The notes below the pieces were generated by a model. That model searched no databases. It saw nothing but the letters and a program-made list of their open reading frames with translations, and had not been told where the DNA came from. Of a stretch of DNA of 64,000 bases, positions 19,547 to 29,710 are shown one piece after another. Made by a program: the position numbers and the translations under genes. Position 1 is the stretch's first letter. Every line of letters begins with the position of its first letter. The stretch comes from an uncultured Deferribacteres bacterium (GTDB lineage: Bacteria > Zhuqueibacterota > Zhuqueibacteria > Zhuqueibacterales > Geothermadaptataceae): the NCBI GenBank assembly GCA_964014485.1, contig CAXHAT010000006.1, positions 21,070 through 85,069 on the forward strand, in the 5' to 3' direction.

Positions 19547-22029
19547 TGTTCCATCCCCGCCGAAATCAGGTTCACGAAAAGACGAAACGCACCGGGCACG
19601 CCCGCAGGCATTTGCCGGAACCACGAGTAGCCGGTGTAAATGAAATGGCCGTTGCCGTACTTCGTGTAAAGCATGCCCCCGGCGTGCGGCGATTTACCCG
19701 TGTCCTGAGATGACAAAACCGTTTCATAGCGCTCGTCATAGTCGTTGGAAAAATACATGCCGCGCTCCTGCACCCAGTTCTCGAAATCGGCCTGGGTAAT
19801 TTTGTTCGGGAAATTTAAAAAACGGTTTTCAGCATCGACAAAGGCTACGTCCGCGTCTTCTTCGGTCACGCGATCGAAAGACAGGTTCATTTTGTAGGGC
19901 CCAAGATTGTCCACAAGAAGGCCGCGATAGTGATTGTACTGGATAATCAGCGTCCCGCCTTTTTCGATAAAATCAAGCAGGTTTTGGTGAGTGAATTTCA
20001 GCCGCTCACGCGTGTTGTATGCGCGAATGCCCGTGATGATGACGTCGTAAACCGACAGGTCGCCTTTTTCCAATTCATCGTCTTCCAGGAGATTTACTTC
20101 GTAGCCGAGCTGCCGCAAATTCTGCGGCACTTCATCGCCTGCGCCCATAACGTAGCCGATTTTTTCGTCGCCCTTTTTTAGGTCCAGGCGAACCAACTTG
20201 GTCTCAGCGGGCGGGAAAAAGCTTTGGCTTGGGATGTGTTTGTAATCAAGCCGGAACAAGCTGTGCGAGATTTTTTTGCCGTCAATTTCAACAATGGCCG
20301 TCGCCACGCCTTCGGACTGCCCGGGAGGAGGCGAAACTTTTACGACGAACGTCTGCTCGCCGCCTTTTTGCTCAAAAGAAAAAGGCGCGTTCGGCGGTTC
20401 GGCGCGCCAGCCGCTAGGGAGCTCGATTCGCAACATTCCTTGAGCATTCGCTTTGCCGTTTTTCAAACGCAGCCGAAGATGTTGCGGCGAATCGTCCGCA
20501 AAAATATACACCTTGTCTTCGAAATTGACCGTTACCTCCGGGGCAACGACAAAAGGCTGGTAGCGGTCGCCGTCGATTCTATCCCGCCAACGGTAGCGCA
20601 CTGGTTCTTCAAAAGTGACTTCACGCCCGCCGAACGCCACGGTATAAACGGCGGTCATAATCGGCGCATTTTCCGCCGCCCCGATGAGCTTTTGATTTTC
20701 GACCGCGAACATCGATTTGCCTTTTCTGGCGACCATCCAGTAAGGCTGCGAATAAGCGTGATCTGAAGGAATCTTCAACAAAACTTCTTCTGAAAGCATC
20801 GCGTTTGGGGACAATGCCTTGCCAAACGTTTTTTCAAACTTAAACTCCGGAATTGCAACTTTTTTTAATACCGGCGACTTTCCCGTACGATTGAGCGCCG
20901 ACAATTTCAATTTGACCGACTCGCCGGGCGTTTCCGCTTCAGAACCAGTCGTTGCTTCAAGCCACAAGCCGGCGCAGGCTCGGATGAGCGTTTTCAATTC
21001 CGTTCTTTTTTGGACGACCCAGTGATCGTCCGATGAGAGTTTTTCGAGCGCCGCTTCCGCTTCCAAAAGAGTTGGCAAGACGCTTTCCGGATTTTGATAC
21101 TCAAAATCTTGCAAAGCATTTTTTAGCAGTTTTTCGACGGTTTCTCCGCCTGCTACACGCTTCCAGGAAAAATCCAGATCGTCGAACAAGTCGTCCTTTG
21201 CGGGCGCACCAGCAAGCAATTGAAAATAGTTGATCGATTCGCCTCGCCGCCTTGGCGTTCCCATCCCCTGGCACTTGTGCATGCTGCGCGCTTCCCCGGC
21301 GATTTCATTGTAAGATTTCCCGAGAACGGGGTTGAAAGCGCCAATATCCAGCTCAATCAAATCTTCAACGTTTCCGCTGCGCCTTTCCACAATTTGCGGC
21401 CAGGCGTTCCAGAAAAGGCGTTTCGGCTGCCAGGTTTTCGTGTGCTGCAATTGTTCGGGATATTCTGAAGCGTCTGCTGCGGCGTTAAACGCTTCATCGG
21501 CCAAGATCGCGGAGGCCGTGTGGTGGCCGTGCCCGCCTTCGCCTGTTGTTGGAAAACGCGCGATAATCACGTCCGGCTTGAATGTTCGGACGATCCACAC
21601 GAAATCAGCGCGTACCTTGTCGCGATCCCAGGTTCGCAGCGTTTCATCCGGAGAAAGCGAGTAGCCAAAATCAATAGCGCGAGTAAAAAATTGCTCGCCG
21701 CCGTCGATGCGCCGCGCCGCCAACAATTCCTGCGTCCGTAAAATACCCATTAAATCACCTTTCTCGTCGCCGATATGATTCTGTCCCCCGTCGCCGCGCG
21801 TTGCTGAGAGAAAAGCCGTTCGCACAAGGCGGCCTTTGGCAAGGTAGGCAATTAGCGTGTTGTTCTCGTCGTCCGGGTGCGCGCCGACGTGGAGAACGCT
21901 GCCGAGCACCAACATTTTTTGCAGCATGAGATGGATTTCGGCGGCGCTGTAAAATTGCGGCTGTTGCGCGCGACCGCTTGTGAAGCTAAAAACCAGCAGC
22001 ACAAGGGTCAAAAATGCGGGGCGTTTCAT
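19543..22029 (-). CDS. PIG-L/LmbE family deacetylase, long secreted form
   Basis: Motifs GAHPDDE, TRGDGGQN, RTQELLAARRIDG and HGHH. The signal peptide starts at MKRPAF (22029); the ORF-track extension to 22107 lies in a MITE. Confidence 0.9.
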   Translation of the reverse strand: MKRPAFLTLVLLVFSFTSGRAQQPQFYSAAEIHLMLQKMLVLGSVLHVGAHPDDENNTLIAYLAKGRLVRTAFLSATRGDGGQNHIGDEKGDLMGILRTQELLAARRIDGGEQFFTRAIDFGYSLSPDETLRTWDRDKVRADFVWIVRTFKPDVIIARFPTTGEGGHGHHTASAILADEAFNAAADASEYPEQLQHTKTWQPKRLFWNAWPQIVERRSGNVEDLIELDIGAFNPVLGKSYNEIAGEARSMHKCQGMGTPRRRGESINYFQLLAGAPAKDDLFDDLDFSWKRVAGGETVEKLLKNALQDFEYQNPESVLPTLLEAEAALEKLSSDDHWVVQKRTELKTLIRACAGLWLEATTGSEAETPGESVKLKLSALNRTGKSPVLKKVAIPEFKFEKTFGKALSPNAMLSEEVLLKIPSDHAYSQPYWMVARKGKSMFAVENQKLIGAAENAPIMTAVYTVAFGGREVTFEEPVRYRWRDRIDGDRYQPFVVAPEVTVNFEDKVYIFADDSPQHLRLRLKNGKANAQGMLRIELPSGWRAEPPNAPFSFEQKGGEQTFVVKVSPPPGQSEGVATAIVEIDGKKISHSLFRLDYKHIPSQSFFPPAETKLVRLDLKKGDEKIGYVMGAGDEVPQNLRQLGYEVNLLEDDELEKGDLSVYDVIITGIRAYNTRERLKFTHQNLLDFIEKGGTLIIQYNHYRGLLVDNLGPYKMNLSFDRVTEEDADVAFVDAENRFLNFPNKITQADFENWVQERGMYFSNDYDERYETVLSSQDTGKSPHAGGMLYTKYGNGHFIYTGYSWFRQMPAGVPGAFRLFVNLISAGMEQ

Positions 22030-22075
22030 GTTTCGCTCTTTGTTATAGTTTTGGGTATCATTCCGGGCGTCAAGG

Positions 22076-22282
22076 CTCTCTACCTGGCACTTTTTTGTAA
22101 ACTGCATTTTCGAGCCGTCGCAAGGCCCCCCGTTTTGTCATTCTGCAGGAATCTTTGTTATCGTCCAGTACAGATTATGCTCAAAAATTCAATAGTCGGA
22201 TCAAAAAAGATGCTTCCAATATGACAATTCCGGCCTTTTTCGCCAGCTTTAGAAGCCTATACGAAAAGTGTCAGGTAGTGAA
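22076..22282 (+). mobile_element. MITE family A, copy A1 (207 bp)
   Basis: Ends ctctctacctggcactttt / aaaagtgtcaggtagtgaa. Perfect 9-bp flanking direct repeat gcgtcaagg at 22067-22075 and 22283-22291. Internal palindrome arms at 22135-22154 and 22208-22227. Confidence 0.9.
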
Positions 22283-22418
22283 GCGTCAAGGTATGCTCGA
22301 ACAAAGAGTATCGCAATTTCGAACGAACAGGCGTTGAGTTGCGCCTTGCTTTCAGGCGTTATGGAGTGTATATTTCGACTGGCGAGTAAATAGACTTGGA
22401 GTAAAAAGGGGTTTTCAA

Positions 22419-22964
22419 ATGACTGTTCAGGAAATGGAAAAAGGCTTTCAGGAAATTTGGGCGCTGTATAAAGAAACAGATAGAAAATTCAAGGAAACTG
22501 ACGAACGGTTAAGCCGCAAAATCGCCCAAACGCAAGACGCAGTCAATCGTTTGACGGGAAAATGGGGGTTGTTTGTTGAAGGCTTGGTGCTCCCTTCCGT
22601 CAAACGACTTTTCAACGAGAGAGGCATTTTGATTGACAAGGTCTACCAACGCGTCAAAGTAAGAAAAGAATTTGGCGGCATGGAGATCGATATTTTGGGG
22701 ATCGACCATGGTTTCGCTGCACTGGTGGAAGTCAAAAGCACGTTGACCGTAGATGACGTCAAAGAACATTTGCAACGCCTTTCAGAGTTCAAAAAGTATT
22801 TTCCCGAGTATGCGGACAAGAACGTTGTCGGGGCTGTGGCGGGCATTGTTATCGACGAGGACGCGGATCGTTACGCGTACAAACAAGGCCTGTTCGTCAT
22901 CGCGCAAAACGGAGAGACAGTCGAATTTTTAAACGATGCGGGATTTGAACCAAAATTGTGGTAA
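22419..22964 (+). CDS. Coiled-coil plus PD-(D/E)XK nuclease-like protein (DUF3782-like)
   Basis: KETDRKFKETD heptads, GKWGLFVE, EIDILG...LVEVKS and YAYKQGLFVI. Confidence 0.75.
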   Translation: MTVQEMEKGFQEIWALYKETDRKFKETDERLSRKIAQTQDAVNRLTGKWGLFVEGLVLPSVKRLFNERGILIDKVYQRVKVRKEFGGMEIDILGIDHGFAALVEVKSTLTVDDVKEHLQRLSEFKKYFPEYADKNVVGAVAGIVIDEDADRYAYKQGLFVIAQNGETVEFLNDAGFEPKLW

Positions 22965-22985
22965 TTCAGCGCCCGTAGACTAAGC

Positions 22986-24074
22986 TTAACCGGCGTTTCC
23001 GAACAAAGGCAAAACCGAGCCTCGAATTTTTTTCTTCGCAATTTCCGCCCACTCACTTTCCGAGTCGATTTTCAAATAACGTCCCCAGAGACGATTCGCC
23101 TTCTCAAACTCCCCGCTTTTTTCTGAAACTTGTGCAAGATTGAACAAAGTCGGCGTGTGATCCGGAGCCAGCAAAAGAGCAGCCTCGTAGTTTTTGACGG
23201 CTTCTTTTATCTCTGACAACGCTTCATGTGCAACGCCCAGGTTGTATCGAACAAGATGCTGATCCGGGTGTTTTTCCAGGGCGCGCAGCAAGTATTGTTT
23301 TGCCGCAACCGGCTGGTTCTGACTGTGGTAAATTCGGGCAAGGTTGATCGTCGCTTCTACGAAATCCGGCTGCAACGAGAGCGCTTTTTGGTAGGCGTGA
23401 ATCGCTTTTTCAATTGAACCGCCGGCCCCGTCATTTTCATATCCAATGTTGTACCATTCGATCGCGTCAGGTTCAGAAGGTGCTGACTTACGAATCGGAA
23501 AGGAAACGACAGCCCCAACGGGTTGTGAGAAGGAAAGTTCGAGCTGGCAATCGTTGCGCTTGTCGCCGAGCAAAGCCTGGGCGATGTTCCGGCGTGTAAG
23601 ACCTCGCCGCAGCATATCATGAATCTCGCGGAAACGGTTTAAATCAGCAAAAGCAAAGTAACTCTCCGTGTGCGTTTCCAGCAATGGTTGAACGAGATTT
23701 CGTTTTTCGAAATATTTTACGTCGCCGGGGGACAGCGTTGGAAAGGTTTGGCAAATTCGTGAAATCGAATAGAATTTTTTGTCGAGCTCGGCGCCGCTTT
23801 CAACGTCGACCTTGTGCAAAAATTCCGATTCGGGCAAAATATCAATTTCCGCGCCGTCTGCAACCAAAGCCTCGGCGCGCTTGAGTTTTTGGCTTTTGAC
23901 AATTTCTCGAGCGTAGCCTTTTTCTCCCAGGACCAGTGTGGTTGTGCTTGCCGTTAAGCTGTCGCTCCATTCGCCGCCGCACTTTTCGATCAATTCAAAA
24001 ATTTCACGACGCGAAAACACCGATAGTTTGCCTGTGACTACGACGATTTCGCCTTTTAGCGCATTGGTGTTCAT
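22986..24074 (-). CDS. BRCT - MerR-like HTH - TPR protein
   Basis: BRCT motifs VVVTGKLS..SRRE...GG...T..LVLG...K.K.A...I..E.EFL, a MerR-like segment and about 4 TPRs. Start set at MNTNALKG. Confidence 0.8.
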   Translation of the reverse strand: MNTNALKGEIVVVTGKLSVFSRREIFELIEKCGGEWSDSLTASTTTLVLGEKGYAREIVKSQKLKRAEALVADGAEIDILPESEFLHKVDVESGAELDKKFYSISRICQTFPTLSPGDVKYFEKRNLVQPLLETHTESYFAFADLNRFREIHDMLRRGLTRRNIAQALLGDKRNDCQLELSFSQPVGAVVSFPIRKSAPSEPDAIEWYNIGYENDGAGGSIEKAIHAYQKALSLQPDFVEATINLARIYHSQNQPVAAKQYLLRALEKHPDQHLVRYNLGVAHEALSEIKEAVKNYEAALLLAPDHTPTLFNLAQVSEKSGEFEKANRLWGRYLKIDSESEWAEIAKKKIRGSVLPLFGNAG

Positions 24075-24090
24075 CAAAATCACTCGCGTT

Positions 24091-25212
24091 TCATGCGCCC
24101 CGCTTTTCTTCTCTCGGCTCGGTTCGGAAAGGCGTCTCGATCCGCACCTCGCAGCCGCCGTTTTCGCCGTTGAGCAATTGGAACTGTTGGTCTTCGCCGT
24201 ACAAATTCTCCAGACGTTCGATGGTGTTCGAGAGACCAACACCGTTCCTTGGCGCTGCATCTGAAACGTCAGTGTGAAGCCCGGCTCCGTCATCTTTTAC
24301 ACTCAAGAGAAGCCGCCCGTTTTTTCGCTGTGCCGAAATTTTGACCGTTACCCGTTTCAAATTTTCCATACCGTGACGGATCGAATTTTCGATGAGCGGC
24401 TGCAAAATGAATCCAGGGGTCAGCGCTTCCGCCGCGTCCTGAGCAATGTTGTGTTCAACCGCAAGCTTTGCTCCAAACCGCGCCTTCATAAGCTTAACGT
24501 AAAGGTCGGCCAGTTCCAGTTCTTTTTTTAGCGAGTGTTCCGTCCATTTTGAATAATTCAAAGTCTTCCGAAGCAATTCGCTCAGGTTCGCCAGCATTTT
24601 GTCGGCGGTTTCCACATTTTCGTGCATTGTGGAAGAAACCATGTTGAGCGTGTTGAACAGAAAATGCGGGTTGATTTGCATTTGCAGCGCTTGCAGCCTC
24701 GTTTGGGCAAGCTCTCGTTCAAGCTCAGCGGCGCGCACTTTTTGTTGGTTCGCTTCACCGCGTTTTGTGATAAAGTAAGCCACGCCGTAGATCAGCCAAA
24801 AAACATAGAACTGATGGCTATACTCCATCAAAAAACGATAAGGCAATTGCCCGTAATTATAAGGCGTTCCGAAGGCCGCTTGGTAAATAATTTGGCGGCT
24901 GAAGTACATCAAAAGCGTGTGGCTCGCCCCGAACCCCGCCGAGGCGATCAAGTAGAGCGGCAAGCGTTGCAGCAAGTTGTTTTTTTTAAGAGGAAATTTC
25001 CTGAAAAAATGCAGCAGAAAAGGCAGGATGAGCATGATGGTATACACGCCCGTCATTTCGTTCACAAAATGATGCGGGTAGTTCGGCGGACGTCCTTCCG
25101 CCAACTCACTCGTTGTAAAACGATTGAAATTCAACAAGCCCAGCAGCGTCAGGAATACAAAAATCGTCAGCCACTGGACTAGTTCGCGCTTTTTAGAAAG
25201 CTTCAGGAGCAT
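24091..25212 (-). CDS. LytS/YehU-type membrane sensor histidine kinase
   Basis: Motifs LQMQINPHFLFNTLN, LQPLIENSIRHG, DDGAG and GVGLSN; N-terminal TM helices. Confidence 0.92.
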   Translation of the reverse strand: MLLKLSKKRELVQWLTIFVFLTLLGLLNFNRFTTSELAEGRPPNYPHHFVNEMTGVYTIMLILPFLLHFFRKFPLKKNNLLQRLPLYLIASAGFGASHTLLMYFSRQIIYQAAFGTPYNYGQLPYRFLMEYSHQFYVFWLIYGVAYFITKRGEANQQKVRAAELERELAQTRLQALQMQINPHFLFNTLNMVSSTMHENVETADKMLANLSELLRKTLNYSKWTEHSLKKELELADLYVKLMKARFGAKLAVEHNIAQDAAEALTPGFILQPLIENSIRHGMENLKRVTVKISAQRKNGRLLLSVKDDGAGLHTDVSDAAPRNGVGLSNTIERLENLYGEDQQFQLLNGENGGCEVRIETPFRTEPREEKRGA

Positions 25213-25325
25213 CGTTTTGCCGCTAAATTTTCAACTCATTTCTCCAAAGAAATACGTGCGCAAGAGAAAATGCCAGCACAAAATGCCGCGCTGGCCGAGG
25301 GCGCGTCCCGCAATGTTGTTTACTA

Positions 25326-25608
25326 ACTGATGTTACGCATCAGCTTCATAATACAGCAACTGTTTATCAACGCCATTCCGCAGAGGCGCACTCCCGTCAA
25401 CCTAATTTCGGGACGCACAAATTCTCGTTCCCAATCTCTGGATTGGGAGCGTAATTGCACTCGAAACTCCAGTTTCGAGTGAATACTTTGGCTCGAAACC
25501 GGAGTTTCGAGCCCATCTCCATTCCCAAACCGGAGTTTGGGAACGAGCCGCAATGAGACGCTGTTTTCGATTTGGCTTCAGAAATGCTTTGTTGTGCATA
25601 ACATCAAT
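25326..25608. mobile_element. MITE family B, copy B1, carrying a CTCGTTCCCA...TGGGAACGAG palindromic cargo
   Basis: Ends actgatgttacgc / gcataacatcaat; flanks tacta / tacaa; cargo at 25424-25547. Confidence 0.8.
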
Positions 25609-26309
25609 TACAAAGCTGGTTGCGCTTCTCCAAGCCTGATTTTTTGGAATTGCGACAAGTGTCTCCCGCGCTCCGGATAAATCGCTGGGAAGTCGGCTTC
25701 TTGATTGGCGTAGTGAATAAAACGGGCGACTTTGAAGCCTAAAATCGATTTTGCTTCGATTTGAAAATGATCCAAAGGGATGACCATTTCGGCCCCAAAT
25801 CCATCCTTCGCGGACTTGGCTGCGCCGCGCCAAACAAAATTCGGCGCCGGATCAGGCTCGCCGTCGGCGTCAAGAACGCCGTCGCCCATGACGCCGTCTG
25901 GCGTTAAAAGAAAAAATCGCGCCGATTGTTCCAAATTGTCGGCGTCCAGACAAAAGGCGACCCAATCGCTTTGCCCGGGATTGTCGCGTTCCGCTTTTTC
26001 ATCAATGTGAATCCTGGCGTTATCGCGCAAAAAGCACTTTATACCCACATAAATGTTTTCGCTGTCGTTGAGAAGATATGCCGTCGTCTTTTCAATCGGC
26101 TTCAATCCAGCGGTCGGCGTGATTGTCTTAAATTCCGAAAAAACGGCGGCACTTTCCCAAGCTTCGTCAGTCAATTCGCCGTCGATTCTCAAAGCTGAAT
26201 CAGCAAACGGCAGCGTCACGGAAGGCTTGTTTGCGGCAGCCGAGACATACACCATTGCAGCAATGAAAAAGAGCGGCGGCAGACAGAAGAAATATTTACG
26301 GATCTTCAT
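25608..26309 (-). CDS. Secreted CBM9-like (DOMON/sugar-binding) domain protein
   Basis: IDGELTDEAW..A and G+.AEM.IPL motifs; signal peptide. Confidence 0.7.
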   Translation of the reverse strand: MKIRKYFFCLPPLFFIAAMVYVSAAANKPSVTLPFADSALRIDGELTDEAWESAAVFSEFKTITPTAGLKPIEKTTAYLLNDSENIYVGIKCFLRDNARIHIDEKAERDNPGQSDWVAFCLDADNLEQSARFFLLTPDGVMGDGVLDADGEPDPAPNFVWRGAAKSAKDGFGAEMVIPLDHFQIEAKSILGFKVARFIHYANQEADFPAIYPERGRHLSQFQKIRLGEAQPAL

Positions 26310-26311
26310 TT

Positions 26312-27502
26312 TCACCCTCTTTCAACCGTTGAAAATGCAGTTTCAGGCATTTCGATCTGCTGTTTTGCTTTTGCGCTTTTTTTCGCTTTGAGTCCAAACA
26401 ACAGACGCATAAAATTGTGGCGCTTAATGAGCCCTTCATAAATCGTCCACGATCCGAAAAACGTGCCCGTCGCGACAATCAAAAATTTCACGCCTACACT
26501 CGCCGACCAATTTATGAGATAAAATCCAAGCACGACTGTGACGGTCTGGTGCAAAATATAGAACGGGTAGACCGCTTCGTTCGCATATTTTAACGCCGGG
26601 GCGTTCCTGTTCAAATGGCGATGCGCAAAGCCCAAAATCGTCAAAAGCCAGCACCACATGTTCAGGTTGATCGTTGTCCTGTAAAGCGCGTCCGAGCCTG
26701 GGAACGGTTCAATTCCGATGTACCAGACGTAGTAGAGAAAAGCGGCGGTTGAAGAGCCGAAAGCGAGCGCGCGAAAACGAAATTTTTCAATCGTTTCCCA
26801 AATCGGACGGTGAGAAGCGAGGAAAAAGCCAAAGCAAAAGATCATTAAGGTTTTGGAGAATTGCGCCCAATCATCGATGAGATTGTTCATGTTGTTCGGC
26901 CAATACGGACGCAGGATAATTTCGCTCAAAACGATTGGGACGACCCACACGAACAGCCCCATCGGCGAGTTGACGCGGGCCATGAAACGGGAAAGTTTTT
27001 TATTTCCGGAAACACTTTTAAAATACTTGAACATCGGTATGGCGGCCAACGCAAAAATAAAAATGTATGGCAAGTACCACAGGTGGTGCCAGCTAAAATT
27101 TCCATGCGGATAAGGGACGAATTCGAGCACGGATTGGTAGAAGGCGAAAAATGAAGCGAACGATTCGCCTTGAAAAAGACGTTCATAGTAAACTTGCGGC
27201 GGGATAATAAAAAACATGCCGAAAACCAGCGGCAATAGAATGCGCTTATTTCTGAGCCGGATCAATTCTCGCGCCGAATAACGATCCAGCGCAAACCAGA
27301 TTGCCGCGCCGGAAATGAGAAAAAGCAAGGGCATGCGCCATTGGCTGAGAAATATCATGACATACTCAAAAATCTCGCTGGTTTGATTGTTTTTGATGTG
27401 CCATCCCCAAGTGTTAAACATCATCCCGGTGTGAAACAAAATAAGCAGAGAAAAAGCCAGCACGCGGAGCCAATCCAGATCATAACGTCGTTCAGATTTC
27501 AT
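26312..27502 (-). CDS. Acyltransferase-3 family membrane protein (OpgC/MdoC-like)
   Basis: Motifs RRYDLDWLRV, WRMPLLFLISG, WHHLWYL and YPFYILHQ. Confidence 0.88.
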   Translation of the reverse strand: MKSERRYDLDWLRVLAFSLLILFHTGMMFNTWGWHIKNNQTSEIFEYVMIFLSQWRMPLLFLISGAAIWFALDRYSARELIRLRNKRILLPLVFGMFFIIPPQVYYERLFQGESFASFFAFYQSVLEFVPYPHGNFSWHHLWYLPYIFIFALAAIPMFKYFKSVSGNKKLSRFMARVNSPMGLFVWVVPIVLSEIILRPYWPNNMNNLIDDWAQFSKTLMIFCFGFFLASHRPIWETIEKFRFRALAFGSSTAAFLYYVWYIGIEPFPGSDALYRTTINLNMWCWLLTILGFAHRHLNRNAPALKYANEAVYPFYILHQTVTVVLGFYLINWSASVGVKFLIVATGTFFGSWTIYEGLIKRHNFMRLLFGLKAKKSAKAKQQIEMPETAFSTVERG

Positions 27503-27828
27503 TCGTAACGCCTCATTTGGTTTGTTGGGCCGTCGAAGTTTCAAATTGACGGGAGACGATACCGTGTTTTCCGCAGTTAGGATTCGAAATTGGCGTGAAC
27601 GGGATTTTGACGGTAATAAGCGGGAAGAAAATCTTCTTGCTTCGCTGCCGGTCGTGGGATATATTGGCCTCCCGTAAAAAAGCTTTGACGGCTTGAGCGG
27701 TTTGAGCAGGAAGTTCAGACACGAAAAATTTATCCGCTAGTTTTTACGAACTTCCTACAAATCGATTTTGGCGTCAGGGCTTTTTTTGCTTATGGGCAGG
27801 ATGAGGCCGCACTCAATTGCGAGGTAAA

Positions 27829-29109
27829 ATGACAGATTTTAGCAAAATGGATTTTTTCAAATTGAAGGGCGCGATCCAGCACTATGATTGGGGCGGTACG
27901 CGCTTCATCCCGTCGCTGTTGAGTCGTTCAAACGACGAAAACAAGCCATTCGCGGAACTTTGGATTGGCGCGCACAACCGAGGCTCCGCCTACGTTGAAA
28001 CCGATGAAGGACAAGTCGGGCTCGACGTTCTTATCGCTCAAAATCCCGAAGAATTTCTGGGGAAAAACATTGCGCAAGCGTTCGGGGGGCAATTCCCGTT
28101 TTTATTGAAAGTGCTTGACGCTCAAAAAATGCTTTCGATTCAGGTGCATCCTTCGATGGAGCAAGCGCGCGCGGGCTTTGCGGCTGAAGAAGCGCGCAAA
28201 GTGCCGATTGACGCGCCCGAACGCAATTACAAAGATCGCAATCACAAACCCGAAGTTCACATGGCGCTGACCGAGTTTTGGATGTTGCACGGTTTTCGCC
28301 CTGCAGAAGAAATTGCCGAATTGCTATTGAAAAACCAGGCTTTTCAACCGCTTGCGGAAGCGCTCTCTTCTCATTTGGAAAAAAGCGATTTCGAGAAAAA
28401 CGACGGCTCCGAATTCTTACGCGCGCTCTATCAACATGTGATGGAATTGCCGCAGGAAAAAGTCGACGCCATACTTCGTCCAATGATGAGCGTTTTGACG
28501 CCCAAATACGCGCGAAATGAGCTTGAAAAGAAATCGCCGGAATTTTGGGCCGCTCGGGCGGCGTCAGACTTTCCGCGAAAAAGCGGCTCTTTTGATCGCG
28601 GCGTATTTTCCATCTATTTTCTCAACTTGCTGCGCCTCCGGCCTGGGGAAGGGACTTTTCAGCCTGCCGGCACCTTACACGCCTACCTTGAAGGGACAAA
28701 TATTGAGCTTATGTCAAATTCCGACAACGTTCTCCGAGGCGGCTTGACGCGTAAACACATCGACGTGCCGGAATTGTTGAAAACGATTTCTTTTGAAGGC
28801 GGGAAACCCCGGATTATTACCGGAACCGAAGTCTCGATGAACGAGGCGATTTATGAAACGCCGATCAAAGATTTTCAATTAAGCAGGATAAAACTTTCTT
28901 TCTCTTGCCCCTTCCAAATCAATGAAAATCGCGGGCCCGACGCCTTGATTGTGCTCGATGGGAAAGCTCGCGTATCGGTCGGCGAGAAAAGCCTCAACCT
29001 GCGCAAGGGCGACGTGCTTTTTATCAAAGCCGGGAAACCTTACGCTATGCACACCGATATTTCCGCCACAATTTGCCGAGCCACAGCGCCGCTTCACACT
29101 ACATCTTAA
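27829..29109 (+). CDS. manA: Mannose-6-phosphate isomerase, class I
   Basis: Motifs QHYDWG, AELWIGAH, LLKVLDA..LSIQVHP, NHKPE, HAYL.G and NSDNVLRGGLT; RBS gaggt before ATG 27829. Confidence 0.95.
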   Translation: MTDFSKMDFFKLKGAIQHYDWGGTRFIPSLLSRSNDENKPFAELWIGAHNRGSAYVETDEGQVGLDVLIAQNPEEFLGKNIAQAFGGQFPFLLKVLDAQKMLSIQVHPSMEQARAGFAAEEARKVPIDAPERNYKDRNHKPEVHMALTEFWMLHGFRPAEEIAELLLKNQAFQPLAEALSSHLEKSDFEKNDGSEFLRALYQHVMELPQEKVDAILRPMMSVLTPKYARNELEKKSPEFWAARAASDFPRKSGSFDRGVFSIYFLNLLRLRPGEGTFQPAGTLHAYLEGTNIELMSNSDNVLRGGLTRKHIDVPELLKTISFEGGKPRIITGTEVSMNEAIYETPIKDFQLSRIKLSFSCPFQINENRGPDALIVLDGKARVSVGEKSLNLRKGDVLFIKAGKPYAMHTDISATICRATAPLHTTS

Positions 29110-29353
29110 CTCATGCCTATGCATGCGCCGTTTGGCGCGCGTGATCAAAGCTTGCAGACAACTTCTGGTTCTCATTAGCTCCGTTCTTTAGAACGAAGAT
29201 TTGTGAAGATGACTGCCCCGTCTCCTCCGTCGCGCCAGCGCGGGGGAGGAGATGAGAATAGGCGTTTTGTGCATCACCGGGCTGAAGCGCCGCGCTAATG
29301 AGACGAAGTTCACTTCAAGACTCAGGGTGTGCATTGCGGCACGTAATATCGGT
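29109..29353 (-). mobile_element. MITE family B, copy B2 (degenerate, inverted relative to B5)
   Basis: Its reverse complement aligns along B5 (ctcattagctcc..., gctaatgagacg, ctcagggtgtgc). Ends are eroded and no clean target duplication remains. Confidence 0.75.
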
Positions 29354-29710
29354 ATTACCCACCAATATTTTCAAACCTAATTTCGGTTATGTAAGACCGT
29401 CAGGCGTTTACAAAACAGTACCTTACCGCCATTCATCGATTCATTTCGGTTGATCTCCAAGATGATTCCATAAAAAGGACGCTTGGAGATTACTGAATTG
29501 TAAGACCACGCTCAAATTTTTCCTTTTTTCGCCGAATTGTGACAGCGCTGTTGCAAACGTGTCCTGCCTATAATCTCACTTTGAAATGTAATGCTCATAA
29601 AAAACAATATCTTAGAAGTTGAAGTGCGCTTTCTGCGGCCGTCCGGCGTCCGATTTGCCAAAAGCGCGACCGAATTGCTGCGTACTAAAAACACCTGGAG
29701 GAAGCCATCC

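Noticed and set aside
21877..22337. Short ORFs with recurring peptides such as FDPTLELL.MICTGR and RVIKAC.QLL (also at 28879, 31629, 32930, 56303, 63547)
   Set aside because: They are translations of MITE A/B copies, not a protein family.
25608..26309. Truncation of the CBM9-like gene by MITE B1
   Set aside because: Reconstructing the empty site still gives a stop at the same position.
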